Positions 10,939 through 19,968 of a stretch of 58,289 bases of DNA are shown piece after piece. Made by a program: the position numbers and the translations under genes. Position 1 is the stretch's first letter, and each line of letters begins with the position of its first letter. The stretch is from Candidatus Zixiibacteriota bacterium (GTDB lineage: Bacteria > Zixibacteria > MSB-5A5 > UBA10806 > 4484-95). The notes under the pieces are model-generated. The model did not search any database. It was not told the DNA's origin and saw nothing but the letters and a program-made list of their open reading frames with translations. The DNA lies in contig JAOZPT010000010.1 in NCBI GenBank assembly GCA_029932605.1, positions 1 through 58,289 on the forward strand, in the 5' to 3' direction.

Positions 10939-11462
10939 AAGACCTCCTTGTCAGGGCTTTTGTTGAGTAACTTGATGTTATCCCGATTATGGCTAAACTC
11001 AGGTGTTTGGTATGTCAAAGGGAAATCTTTTCGCTGGGGATATCCAACCCAATCATCGTCTAATAATATCCTGGTCAGGTCTGGGTGGCCACTGAACTTA
11101 ATTCCGAACATATCGAAGACTTCTCGTTCTTGCCAGTCAGCGGTATCCCACAAAGCGGTCAGGCTGGGAATTTCCTCATCCTCATCCACACATATTTTCA
11201 ACATTATCCGGTGGTGATAAGTTATTGAGAAAAGCGAATAAACCACTTCGAATCGCTTCTGATTTTTACTAAGATAATCAACGGCGGTAATCATCGATAG
11301 GTAATTAAACTTGAGGTTATCATCATCCCTAAGATAACAGCACAGGTCTATTAAGTTATCTTTCTTCACATAACCAACCAAACTCCCGCGGAAAACAAAC
11401 AGCCTTTCAAAACTATCCGGTTGTTTCTCCTCAAGTTGTTTTTTTATATGGTCAACAAGCAT
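10935..11462 (-). CDS. nuoC: NADH-quinone oxidoreductase subunit C
   Basis: RFEVVYSL, ADWQEREVFDMFGIKFSGHPDLTRIL, YPQRKDFPL. Confidence 0.97.
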   Translation of the reverse strand: MLVDHIKKQLEEKQPDSFERLFVFRGSLVGYVKKDNLIDLCCYLRDDDNLKFNYLSMITAVDYLSKNQKRFEVVYSLFSITYHHRIMLKICVDEDEEIPSLTALWDTADWQEREVFDMFGIKFSGHPDLTRILLDDDWVGYPQRKDFPLTYQTPEFSHNRDNIKLLNKSPDKEVF

Positions 11463-11938
11463 TAATTTGCCCTCAGTTTTTCGTTTTTGATTTTTTCATG
11501 AAGCTTTAAGATACCATCTATCAACTGCTCGGGTCGAGGTGGACAACCGGGTATATAGATATCCACCGGCACTACTTTATCGACTCCCTGGACAATAGCA
11601 TAGTTATTGAATATTCCGCCAGAGGATGCGCAGGCCCCCATGGATATGACATATTTGGGATTGGGCATCTGCTCGTATAGGTGTTTTATGACCGGCGCCA
11701 TCTTGACTGAAAGCCGTCCGGCTACTATCATCAAGTCTGCCTGACGCGGTGATGACCTCATTACCTCCATGCCGAATCGAGCCAGGTCATACCGTGAAGC
11801 AAAAGTGGCCATCATTTCAATAGCGCAGCAGGCCAAACCAAACCCCAATGGCCAAACTGATGACCTACGTGCCCAGTTTACCATTTTTTCCATAGTAGTC
11901 AACAGAATACCCTCGGGGATATATCTTTCTATTCCCAT
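11462..11938 (-). CDS. nuoB: NADH-quinone oxidoreductase subunit B
   Basis: [40 protein letters not shown]. Confidence 0.98.
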   Translation of the reverse strand: MGIERYIPEGILLTTMEKMVNWARRSSVWPLGFGLACCAIEMMATFASRYDLARFGMEVMRSSPRQADLMIVAGRLSVKMAPVIKHLYEQMPNPKYVISMGACASSGGIFNNYAIVQGVDKVVPVDIYIPGCPPRPEQLIDGILKLHEKIKNEKLRAN

Positions 11939-12285
11939 TTAAGCACCCCTTTACCAACGATATAAAAGAATCCAAGAAGTAAAATCAAAATGAAAAGTCC
12001 CATTTCAAATAAGCCGAAAAGCCCAAGGTCCTTATAAATTATAGCCCAGGGATAAAGAAAAACCACCTCAAGGTCAAATACGACAAAGGCAATGGCGATC
12101 AAGTAAAATTTGATTGGAATGCGCTCTCTGGCGTCGGTTTGGGGAATCAGGCCGCATTCATAAGGAGAATATTTTCGCTTGCTTTTAGTTTTGGGACCTA
12201 AAATCTCAGGCAAATAGAACATTATTAAAACAGTTAATACGGCAAAAAAAGCTAATACAAATATTGGAAACAAGGTCTCAAACAT
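11929..12285 (-). CDS. nuoA: NADH-quinone oxidoreductase subunit A
   Basis: [28 protein letters not shown]. Confidence 0.97.
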   Translation of the reverse strand: MFETLFPIFVLAFFAVLTVLIMFYLPEILGPKTKSKRKYSPYECGLIPQTDARERIPIKFYLIAIAFVVFDLEVVFLYPWAIIYKDLGLFGLFEMGLFILILLLGFFYIVGKGVLKWE

Positions 12286-12295
12286 AATTATAATA

Positions 12296-12313
12296 CTGTG
12301 ATATTTTTCACAA
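12296..12313. promoter_or_regulatory. Rex-type (or CRP-family) operator just upstream of nuoA
   Basis: Minus strand TTGTGAAAAATATCACAG: perfect TGTGA-N6-TCACA core, 12 of 14 matches to the Rex consensus TTGTGAA-N4-TTCACAA. Confidence 0.7.
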
Positions 12314-12383
12314 ACTTACGTTTAAAATTTTAAAACTCCCATTATTTTATCCAATTGCAAATTACGTTGCCATATTAGCGATG

Positions 12384-12412
12384 ATAATAATAAAGCCAAA
12401 TTTTGATGTCAA
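12384..12412 (-). promoter_or_regulatory. sigma70-type promoter of the nuo operon
   Basis: TTGACA (12412-12407), 17 bp spacer, TATTAT (12389-12384) on the minus strand. Confidence 0.7.
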
Positions 12413-13687
12413 CTACTTTTTATCATTTATTAGCTTGATACTATTAGGATCTCCCTGCAAGGCATCATTGGAAAATTCATTAACTTTTATCTCGACATAT
12501 TTTTTCATCAGAGTATCATCACCGGTAAATCCAACCCTAAGATAATTACCGGATATGCCATTGAGTCTCCCGGAACTTTGCCTATTCTCAACGATAACAT
12601 CAAGTTTTTTGCCAATGAAACTTTTCATATGAGCGCGTTTCTTTTTGTCACCTATTCTTTTCAAACGCTTACTTCGTTCCGATTTTTCCTGCGGCGAAAT
12701 TTTATCGGAAAACAACGACGCCGGTGTGCCAGGGCGGTCAGAATAAGGGAATATGTGGAGGTGAACAATCGGGATATCTTTTACCATCGCTATCGTATTT
12801 TCAAAATCATCTTTTGTTTCACCCGGAAAGCCAACGATAAAATCAGCACCTATGGTTATCCCCTGCCTTGCCTCAACAAGGCGATTGACCAGCTGGTAAA
12901 CTGACTTGGCACTATACCTTCTACCCATACGTTGCAATATAGTATCATCTCCCGACTGCACCGGAAGGTGAACATGGGGACAGATTCTTCTTTCAGTGGC
13001 CAGCAGTTCAATAAGTTCATTTTTAAATTCGTCAGGTTTGAGGGATGATAGGCGAACTCTGGGTATTTCCGTCTCTTTAAGAATAGTTTTCAACAAGCCT
13101 GTTAAGTTAAATCCGTTTTTAAACTTGCCTATATGCACCCCTGTAAGAACGACCTCGTTATACCCATTCTGATAAAGATCGTTTATCTCTTTGATGATTT
13201 CACCGGGATCCCTTGAGGAGGGTTTACCCCGCGCCTTCCATATAATGCAATAACTACATCTCTCAGTGCATCCCTCCTGTATCTTTATAAATGCCCGGCT
13301 ATGGCCATCCATCCTGGTTATAGAATACCCAGAAGCCTTGTCGTTTTTAATTTTGCAAAGGTTTAGAATTATTTGAGGTAAATCTCTTTTTTGTTTGTTA
13401 CCGGTAACAAACGTGATATTTCCCAATGATTTAATTGTCGATGGTTCAAGCTCGGCATAACAGCCGGTGACTATTACTTTACCTGATTTCCTTAAAGCCC
13501 GCCGTATCATCTGGCGAGATGTGTAATCGGCTTTGGCAGTTACAGTACAAGTATTGATTACATAAATATCAGCCCTCTCGTCAAACGGAACAACCTGGAA
13601 ACAATACGGCTCCAAAGCCTCGGCCATACACTGGACCTCATACTGGTTTATCTTACAACCAACCGCCGAAAATGCAACTTTTAACAT
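12413..13687 (-). CDS. mtaB: tRNA threonylcarbamoyladenosine methylthiotransferase (radical SAM)
   Basis: UPF0004 N-terminus GCKINQYE...INTCTVTAKAD, RAFIKIQEGCTERCSYCII, VVLTGVHIG, HIFPYSDRPGTPA, C-terminal TRAM-like domain. Confidence 0.92.
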   Translation of the reverse strand: MLKVAFSAVGCKINQYEVQCMAEALEPYCFQVVPFDERADIYVINTCTVTAKADYTSRQMIRRALRKSGKVIVTGCYAELEPSTIKSLGNITFVTGNKQKRDLPQIILNLCKIKNDKASGYSITRMDGHSRAFIKIQEGCTERCSYCIIWKARGKPSSRDPGEIIKEINDLYQNGYNEVVLTGVHIGKFKNGFNLTGLLKTILKETEIPRVRLSSLKPDEFKNELIELLATERRICPHVHLPVQSGDDTILQRMGRRYSAKSVYQLVNRLVEARQGITIGADFIVGFPGETKDDFENTIAMVKDIPIVHLHIFPYSDRPGTPASLFSDKISPQEKSERSKRLKRIGDKKKRAHMKSFIGKKLDVIVENRQSSGRLNGISGNYLRVGFTGDDTLMKKYVEIKVNEFSNDALQGDPNSIKLINDKK

Positions 13688-13716
13688 GTTCTTTAATGCT
13701 AACCTATATCAAAACC

Positions 13717-14703
13717 TTAAAAAATTATTCGATTTTCAGGGGAATAAATTTCCATATTTTTTCGCCACCATCTATCAAATTTCGGAATGTAAAAATACAC
13801 AGGTATAGCAAGCGCCCAACCAGCTATCAGGTCGATGATATAATGGTGGCGAAGGTAAACCGTGGATAAAAACAAACCGATGCAAAATGGAAGCATCAAC
13901 CAAAACGTTATCTTCGTATATTTCCAGGCGAACATCAAAGACAATAATGTCACGGCAGCATGCAACGAGGGAAAAGCGCACCGTGATTTACTTGGTAAAA
14001 CGCTCATAACTTTCAGAGCAACATCGGATATAGGCGTGCCGTCAAAATTGACCGTAAACATATGAACAAGGGTATGACGTGGAGGTGCTGCGGGGAATAT
14101 CACATAAAGGATGTAACCGCAATAAAAACACAATATCACGGTTACCAGTGTCTCCCGAAATTCCCTTTTCCTTCCCTGGACAATTAAAACCAATGCCACA
14201 ACCGGAGCAAACAGAAAAAATACCATGTAGCAAAAGGAAAATATCTCCGTCAGCCAGGGTTGGATGAACTTTTGTACCCAGACACACGGTTGACACCCAA
14301 AGAGCCACTGGTCAATAGCGATAAGGCTGTCATGGATATCATGAGGATTGGCAAAATGGACGGTATCATGAAGGTTGGTGTAAATTGCCAGGCAGTAAGC
14401 AAGTGGCAAAATGTCTCGTAGGAAAGACCAGCCTGAGCGAAAACGAGCGATTAAATAGGTTGCGATGATAACTATAACTACCACTGCTAACCTCTGCATA
14501 TCACCGACAAATAATTTTGGTACATCTCCTTGAGATTCGAAGAAAAGGTACGCTTTGATAGTCAGGTAAGCCATCGGAAAAAAAGCTATCAAAGCAATAA
14601 ACTCCTCCAGTCTAAAGGAAAATACAAATCTTTTGAAGGCGATATAGAATTTACGGCAATGATTTACCTTTTCAGCTTCAACCTTTTCTTCGGTTTTTAA
14701 CAT
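13717..14703 (-). CDS. PAP2-superfamily membrane phosphotransferase/phosphatase (AUR1/PAP2_3-like)
   Basis: Multiple TM helices; YVIFPAAPPR, CAFPSLHAA, STVYLRHHYIIDL. Confidence 0.85.
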   Translation of the reverse strand: MLKTEEKVEAEKVNHCRKFYIAFKRFVFSFRLEEFIALIAFFPMAYLTIKAYLFFESQGDVPKLFVGDMQRLAVVVIVIIATYLIARFRSGWSFLRDILPLAYCLAIYTNLHDTVHFANPHDIHDSLIAIDQWLFGCQPCVWVQKFIQPWLTEIFSFCYMVFFLFAPVVALVLIVQGRKREFRETLVTVILCFYCGYILYVIFPAAPPRHTLVHMFTVNFDGTPISDVALKVMSVLPSKSRCAFPSLHAAVTLLSLMFAWKYTKITFWLMLPFCIGLFLSTVYLRHHYIIDLIAGWALAIPVYFYIPKFDRWWRKNMEIYSPENRIIF

Positions 14704-14777
14704 AGATTGTTATATAAATTATTAGATTATTAAAGTAAATGGTTTTTATGTGATAGATTGTGACATTTATTGAAATC

Positions 14778-14805
14778 AGGGGGCGTATCGCGATACGCCT
14801 CTACA
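14778..14805. repeat. REP-like GC-rich palindrome
   Basis: Perfect 18-bp palindrome GGCGTATCGCGATACGCC (14782-14799). The minus strand reads GTAGAGGCGTATCGCGATACGCCCCC, with the GTAG lead typical of REPs. Confidence 0.6.
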
Positions 14806-14904
14806 TACCCACAAAACAAACTGATTATTTATCCGGTGTTTTAGGAACAATAACTGGGGAAACAAAAACCGTCACGAACACGCTACAGCCAAATATAACA
14901 ATCC

Positions 14905-15300
14905 TTACTTCAACAGGAGCATCTTTCTTGATTGAGAAAATTCACCGGCAATTATCCTGTAAAAATACACTCCTGAAGGAACATCATCAGCATTACAGAT
15001 CACCTGATGGTATCCCGATGGCTGTTGTTTATTAACAAGCGTTTCAATTTTGCGGCCGAGAATATTATATATATCGATAGTCACCTGAGCGACATTCGGT
15101 AAATCATACTTGATTTTGGTCTGAGCATTGAAAGGATTAGGAAAGTTTTGTGATAAATAATAATCAACGGGGATTTGATGATCTCTATAAACTATTCCCA
15201 CTTGAATTGAATCACCGCCGCCATAAGCTCCCATGTCGCTTAATATCGTACCCAAACCCCATAAACTATCCAACATACTATCTACGATATCCGGATGGCC
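14905..15300 (-). pseudogene. 5'-truncated secreted-protein gene retaining a T9SS type-A-like C-terminal sorting domain
   Basis: Frame reads GHPDIVDSMLDSLWGLGTILSDMGAYGGG then LSQNFPNPFNAQT...IYNILGRKI...PSGVYFYRI...KMLLLK. No signal peptide; in-frame stop shortly upstream. Confidence 0.7.
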
Positions 15301-15423
15301 TTCTTTGTTTTTGATTATTATACTAAAAAGAGGAAATCACTCAATCTTTTCTACCGCTAAAAGTCCATTTTTAATTTAGGCAAAAAAGATTTTATAACTT
15401 CGAATGTGGACAGGAAAGGATTT

Positions 15424-16296
15424 TTACATCCCTTTTGCTGATAATACTACAAAGACCGTTTTCAGGATTATTTTAAAATCCATTAAAATTTTCAAATTTC
15501 GAATGTAGTCGATATCATATTTGACCTTAAGCCTCACATCATCCTCAGATTCATCATACTTATGTTCAACCTGTGCAAGACCAGTTAGTCCGGGCTTAAC
15601 CAGAAGACGTTTTTCATAATTATCAATACTGTTTTTAAGCTTTCTTATAAAGAATTCTCTCTCTGGTCTAGGCCCCACCAAGCTCATATCACCTTTTAAT
15701 ACATTAAATAACTGGGGTATTTCATCGATACGCGTAGCTCTTAAGAAAGCACCTATTCTGGTAATACGTGGGTCTTTTTTCTTTGCCCAAACAGGCCCGG
15801 AGGTTTTCTCAGCATACCGATGCATTGTCCGAAACTTAATAACCATAAACGGTTTGCCAAAGCCAGCTTTTTTACGGCGGTCGGCCATCCCCATCTCTTT
15901 CTGAACTTTAATATTCAAACGGCGACGATTTATACCAATCCTCTCCTGACGATAAAAAACTGGTCCCGGTGAATCCAGCTTAATCAATATCGGAATTACT
16001 ATGAAAAATGGTACTGTCAAAATAAGACCAATAAAAACCCCAACAACATCAATTATACGTTTAATTGCCCATCTGAAACTATAAGCATTAAACGATTTCG
16101 TGATGGATAAAGGCTTAAAAAGAGATATCCTTTTAATAACATTAAAAACAAAAACTAAATTTTTTATTAAACATCCAGCCCAAAAAGCTTTGAGCCAGTT
16201 TATAAAATTATTCCAATATCTTGAAAATCCACCGCAAACTAAAACCTCTTCCCAATACTGACAAAATGGATTTGCAACAGGACTTTGATATCTCAC
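15424..16296 (-). CDS. Priming sugar transferase (polyprenyl-phosphate hexose-1-phosphate transferase family)
   Basis: KRIID, IKLDSPGPVFYRQERIG, KFRTM, DPRITRIGAFLRATRIDEIPQLFNVLKGDMSLVGPRPE, VKPGLTGLAQV; GTG start with AAGGAG SD. Confidence 0.93.
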   Translation of the reverse strand: MRYQSPVANPFCQYWEEVLVCGGFSRYWNNFINWLKAFWAGCLIKNLVFVFNVIKRISLFKPLSITKSFNAYSFRWAIKRIIDVVGVFIGLILTVPFFIVIPILIKLDSPGPVFYRQERIGINRRRLNIKVQKEMGMADRRKKAGFGKPFMVIKFRTMHRYAEKTSGPVWAKKKDPRITRIGAFLRATRIDEIPQLFNVLKGDMSLVGPRPEREFFIRKLKNSIDNYEKRLLVKPGLTGLAQVEHKYDESEDDVRLKVKYDIDYIRNLKILMDFKIILKTVFVVLSAKGM

Positions 16297-16348
16297 ACCT
16301 TCTCCTTAACATAAGTTAATAACATTCATCATTAAAATTCAATATTAC

Positions 16349-16363
16349 GCAAATTATATGCCA
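16349..16363 (-). promoter_or_regulatory. sigma54 (-24/-12) promoter of the priming sugar transferase
   Basis: Minus strand TGGCATATAATTTGC (GG-N10-GC), about 50 bp upstream of the start codon, in a 260-bp AT-rich intergenic region. Confidence 0.8.
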
Positions 16364-16557
16364 CCAAGACCATAATTAAAAAAAAAGAAACATAAAAGAG
16401 TAAAACGTAAAATATTACATAACACATTGTGATACGGGTTGTTAGCAGAGAGTGATGTTTATTATAAGATATTTATAAAGTTCTTTTTGATTATTAATTA
16501 TTGCAGCAATTAAAGATATATTAATCTAATGCATGAGTTTTCATAATGTATGCAATA

Positions 16558-17265
16558 CTATTCACCTTTCCCCCCTGCTTTTTTATGGTAATACTTATAA
16601 CCATAATACTTTGAACTATAATAGAATGGCAGAACAGAATCAAAATCATTTATAACTGCCCCAAGGATTTTGATGTTGGAATTAATTAACAGGTTAGTGG
16701 TTCTCTTGACAACCTCTTTTTTAGTTGTTCCTGCTTTGATAACCAGCAGAACTCCATCAACCTCGCTGGCTATTAAAAGGGGATCTGATACAGGAATAAC
16801 TGGCGGTGCATCTATAATTATAAAATCAAAGTAAAATTTGAGTTCCTCAGTTACTTTTCTTATGTTTTCCTGATTAAAGATCAAAGTAGGGCTTTCACTT
16901 ATTCTACCAGCAGTAATTATCTTCAAACCGGAAATAGAAGTATCTTTAATAGTCTTACCAACTTTGCACTTCTTTTCAAGTATATCAGACAAACCTTTCT
17001 CGAGGGGAAGCTTAAAAAGTACATTTATCATTGGTCGGCGCAAGTCAGCATCTAAAAGAAGCACTTTTCCCTCTTTAGCCTCGGCCATAGTTATCGCCAG
17101 AAACGATGATATCAGGGATTTTCCCTCCTCGATGGTCGAAGATGTTACAAGCACTGATTTTAACTGGTCATTGTCAGATTTCTTTATATTCGAATACAAA
17201 CGTCGAAACTCCGTTGCCTCCGGTGATTCCATATCATAAAAGCTGGCAATTGATTCAATTTTCAT
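16558..17265 (-). CDS. CpsD/CapB-type bacterial tyrosine kinase (cytoplasmic Wzc domain)
   Basis: EFRRL, Walker A TSSTIEEGKS, LLLDADLRRP, IIIDAPP, C-terminal Tyr cluster FYYSSKYYGYKYY. Confidence 0.93.
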   Translation of the reverse strand: MKIESIASFYDMESPEATEFRRLYSNIKKSDNDQLKSVLVTSSTIEEGKSLISSFLAITMAEAKEGKVLLLDADLRRPMINVLFKLPLEKGLSDILEKKCKVGKTIKDTSISGLKIITAGRISESPTLIFNQENIRKVTEELKFYFDFIIIDAPPVIPVSDPLLIASEVDGVLLVIKAGTTKKEVVKRTTNLLINSNIKILGAVINDFDSVLPFYYSSKYYGYKYYHKKAGGKGE

Positions 17266-18374
17266 TTTAAAATAGCCTTCAAAAGTGTTTTTAACCCCTT
17301 CAGTTCATTTTGTATAAGCTTCAAGTTTTTCATGGCAGTTTTATATTCAGGATTGATCTTCAAAGCTTTCTGGTAAGCCTCGACAGCATGCTGACTATAA
17401 AGTTGTGCCATAACAGCATATGCCATTCCTAAATCATTATAAAGGTCCGGATAGTTTGAGTTGATCTCAAGAAGTTTTTGTATTTTTTTAATATGATTTA
17501 CCACGACCTCTTTACTTAAGTGACCATTACTTAATAAATACTCAAGATGAAAATAATAATTATTTTTGAGAAATTTCCCTCTTATCGTCTTATCATAACC
17601 CTTACTTAAAACCTTAAAAGCACCATCAAGGTCCTTACTTTTTAAGGCGTTGAGCCCCTGCTGAAAATATTCATTATTAAGGGTTGAATTAAAACCTACC
17701 GATTTTCTCAGAAGCTTTATCGCGTTTTCCTCAAGGTTCTGGGCAAGGTCATAGTCATCTTTTTTTATGCCATTTAATATTATGGCCAGGGCGAGATTGT
17801 AATAAGCTTCACCATAATATATATTAAGATCGATAGCTTTCTCGAAGCTTTTCGACGCCTGATAACACTTACCCTGCTTTAAAAGCACCGTACCAAGATT
17901 GTTGTGGTAATCCGGGAAATCAGGTTCCATCTCAACAGCCTTTATTAGATATTCATGAGATTTCTGATAATCCTCAAGCACTATACATGTAAAACCAAGA
18001 TAATTATACAAACGTGAATTTCTGGCATCCAGCTTTATAGCTCTATTGAGTATCTCTAAAGCTTCCTTATACAATTTCTGGTCTAAAAGGGACACCGCCA
18101 GCATCTCCAACACAGCGACGTCGGTTTCATCCTCCATTTGTTCATAAAATTGGCTAAGGCGTTGTAGCCTTTCATAATGGGCATTGTGGTATTTCTCCAG
18201 GATATTAATGGCCTTATCGTTATTACTTAATAACTTAAACTTCACCAAATTGATGGGGTTGCCACTTTCATAAAGAACGCAGGTTCCCATACTTGTATCA
18301 GGGTTAGCTGAGGTTTGAAGGAGAAATTCCTTGCCCATCCCTTTTAGTTTGTCAGATAACGTTAATTGTTTCAT
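17262..18374 (-). CDS. Cytoplasmic TPR-repeat protein
   Basis: TPR signatures such as PDFPDYHNNLGTVL, YGEAYYNLAL, YPDLYNDLGMAY, ALKINPEYKTA; no signal peptide. Confidence 0.85.
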   Translation of the reverse strand: MKQLTLSDKLKGMGKEFLLQTSANPDTSMGTCVLYESGNPINLVKFKLLSNNDKAINILEKYHNAHYERLQRLSQFYEQMEDETDVAVLEMLAVSLLDQKLYKEALEILNRAIKLDARNSRLYNYLGFTCIVLEDYQKSHEYLIKAVEMEPDFPDYHNNLGTVLLKQGKCYQASKSFEKAIDLNIYYGEAYYNLALAIILNGIKKDDYDLAQNLEENAIKLLRKSVGFNSTLNNEYFQQGLNALKSKDLDGAFKVLSKGYDKTIRGKFLKNNYYFHLEYLLSNGHLSKEVVVNHIKKIQKLLEINSNYPDLYNDLGMAYAVMAQLYSQHAVEAYQKALKINPEYKTAMKNLKLIQNELKGLKTLLKAILK

Positions 18375-18380
18375 GAAAAA

Positions 18381-19967
18381 TCAACCATTTTTAAATCTCA
18401 TAAAAATAATCACTACTGCCAAAATCAGGCATAGCAATACCCCCAAAAATATAAAACCCCTGCCTTTCTTTTTAGAATAGTAAGGAATTGATATGCGTGG
18501 TATTATCGCCAGAACCGGTATATTAAGGTAATTCTCGACATCCTCAACTTTTTTAAAAGAATCATCAAAATACTCAATTAACAGTATTGCTCCAAATCCT
18601 ACCATAATCCCGAGAACAAGACCCATGAATACTATTTTCTTGCGGTTGGGGCTTGTCGGTACCATCGGTAAAACAGCTGGTTGTATTATCATATACTTAG
18701 ACCGAGCCTCTATCTTCTTAGCGCTTTGTTCAATCGCTGCATATTGTGAATGCTGAACAAACAAGTTATAAAGTTCCCTGTATCGGTTCACCTCGGACTG
18801 AAGCCTTTCAAGAGTTATTTCGATATCAGGATTGCGTGTTAATCTCGATTTAATTCTACCGAGGCTCTGCTCCAGAGCTGACCTCTTGGCCTGAGTAAAC
18901 TCAATTTTCATCTCCAGAACAAGATAACGAACAATATCATCCCGAATATCATCGGGATATTCCTTGAAGACCCTGCCAACATAATTTATGATTTCACTTT
19001 CAATGGAGGCAAGCAGGTCTTTGGCATCTTTATTCAGCGCTATTACTTTAGCGTTACGCCAGTTATGACGGCTTAGAAGGTCAGCCAGTTTATCATTTGT
19101 ACTCATCAATTCATTTTTCAGTCTGACAATATCATTCTGTTGTTGAATAGTAGAAACATCGATCTTCTTTGAATATAAAATATACCTTAGGTCTGTCATC
19201 TCCTGTTGTGCTTCATCTATCTCGATATCTAAAGCCTCGATCACAGAAAGTATCGAATTCAAATTAAGGTTTAATACTTCTGCATCTCCATCAACTGAAG
19301 TTGTAATCATTTGCTGCCTGAACTTTTTCAGCTTATCCTCCGCTATACTTAGTTTTTCTTGATACACATTCAATTGGTCTTCAGTAAAAGAGATACTTCC
19401 TTGAATGCCAGCTAACTCCTGAGCAAGATTTTCTTCGAGGAATATTTCAGCCAATGTTTGTGTCATTTTCCGAGCCATAGTTGGTGAACTGGAAACTGCA
19501 GATATTCTGATTATATTAGAGCCCTCCATTCGCACATCTATTCTTTCACGAATCGAGGAAACCAAAAGGTTATCAGTAAGTTCAGCTGCGGAAACATCTG
19601 GCATATTCTTAATCTGTTCAGCTACGGCCTCTTTTATGGCCTTAGGTATAGGGATGTTAAGTTTGGCAATGAGGCATTTGATGTATTTCGTGGATCGAAT
19701 CTGATTGTATAGAATATTACGGATATCACTTGGGGAAAGCCTTCGCATCTGGTTTGCAGACTCAAGGCTTCTCTGAACTGTCGGCGGAAGGATATTGGGT
19801 TCATTTATCAAAATAGAGGTTGATGATTGATACTTCGGTGTCATAAAGAAAGTAACCAGAATAGCAGCAAGGGGAACGATGATAGCCGGCATAATTAAAA
19901 GCCATTTTTTCTTTAACAATATTTGCCAGTAATCCCTTATATTTATATTCTGGTAAGCCTCAGCCAT
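18381..19967 (-). CDS. Polysaccharide co-polymerase / chain-length determinant (Wzz/GumC family)
   Basis: N-terminal INIRDYWQILLKKKW plus TM and PKYQSSTSILI; long coiled coil; IIQPAVLPMVPTSPNR-TM-EYFDDSF...LNIPVLAIIP. Confidence 0.9.
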   Translation of the reverse strand: MAEAYQNINIRDYWQILLKKKWLLIMPAIIVPLAAILVTFFMTPKYQSSTSILINEPNILPPTVQRSLESANQMRRLSPSDIRNILYNQIRSTKYIKCLIAKLNIPIPKAIKEAVAEQIKNMPDVSAAELTDNLLVSSIRERIDVRMEGSNIIRISAVSSSPTMARKMTQTLAEIFLEENLAQELAGIQGSISFTEDQLNVYQEKLSIAEDKLKKFRQQMITTSVDGDAEVLNLNLNSILSVIEALDIEIDEAQQEMTDLRYILYSKKIDVSTIQQQNDIVRLKNELMSTNDKLADLLSRHNWRNAKVIALNKDAKDLLASIESEIINYVGRVFKEYPDDIRDDIVRYLVLEMKIEFTQAKRSALEQSLGRIKSRLTRNPDIEITLERLQSEVNRYRELYNLFVQHSQYAAIEQSAKKIEARSKYMIIQPAVLPMVPTSPNRKKIVFMGLVLGIMVGFGAILLIEYFDDSFKKVEDVENYLNIPVLAIIPRISIPYYSKKKGRGFIFLGVLLCLILAVVIIFMRFKNG

Positions 19968-19968
19968 A

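Noticed and set aside
43..11217. Many short alternative-frame and antisense ORFs over the nuo genes (similar ones occur across the window)
   Set aside because: Shadows of well-supported genes with no recognisable motifs.
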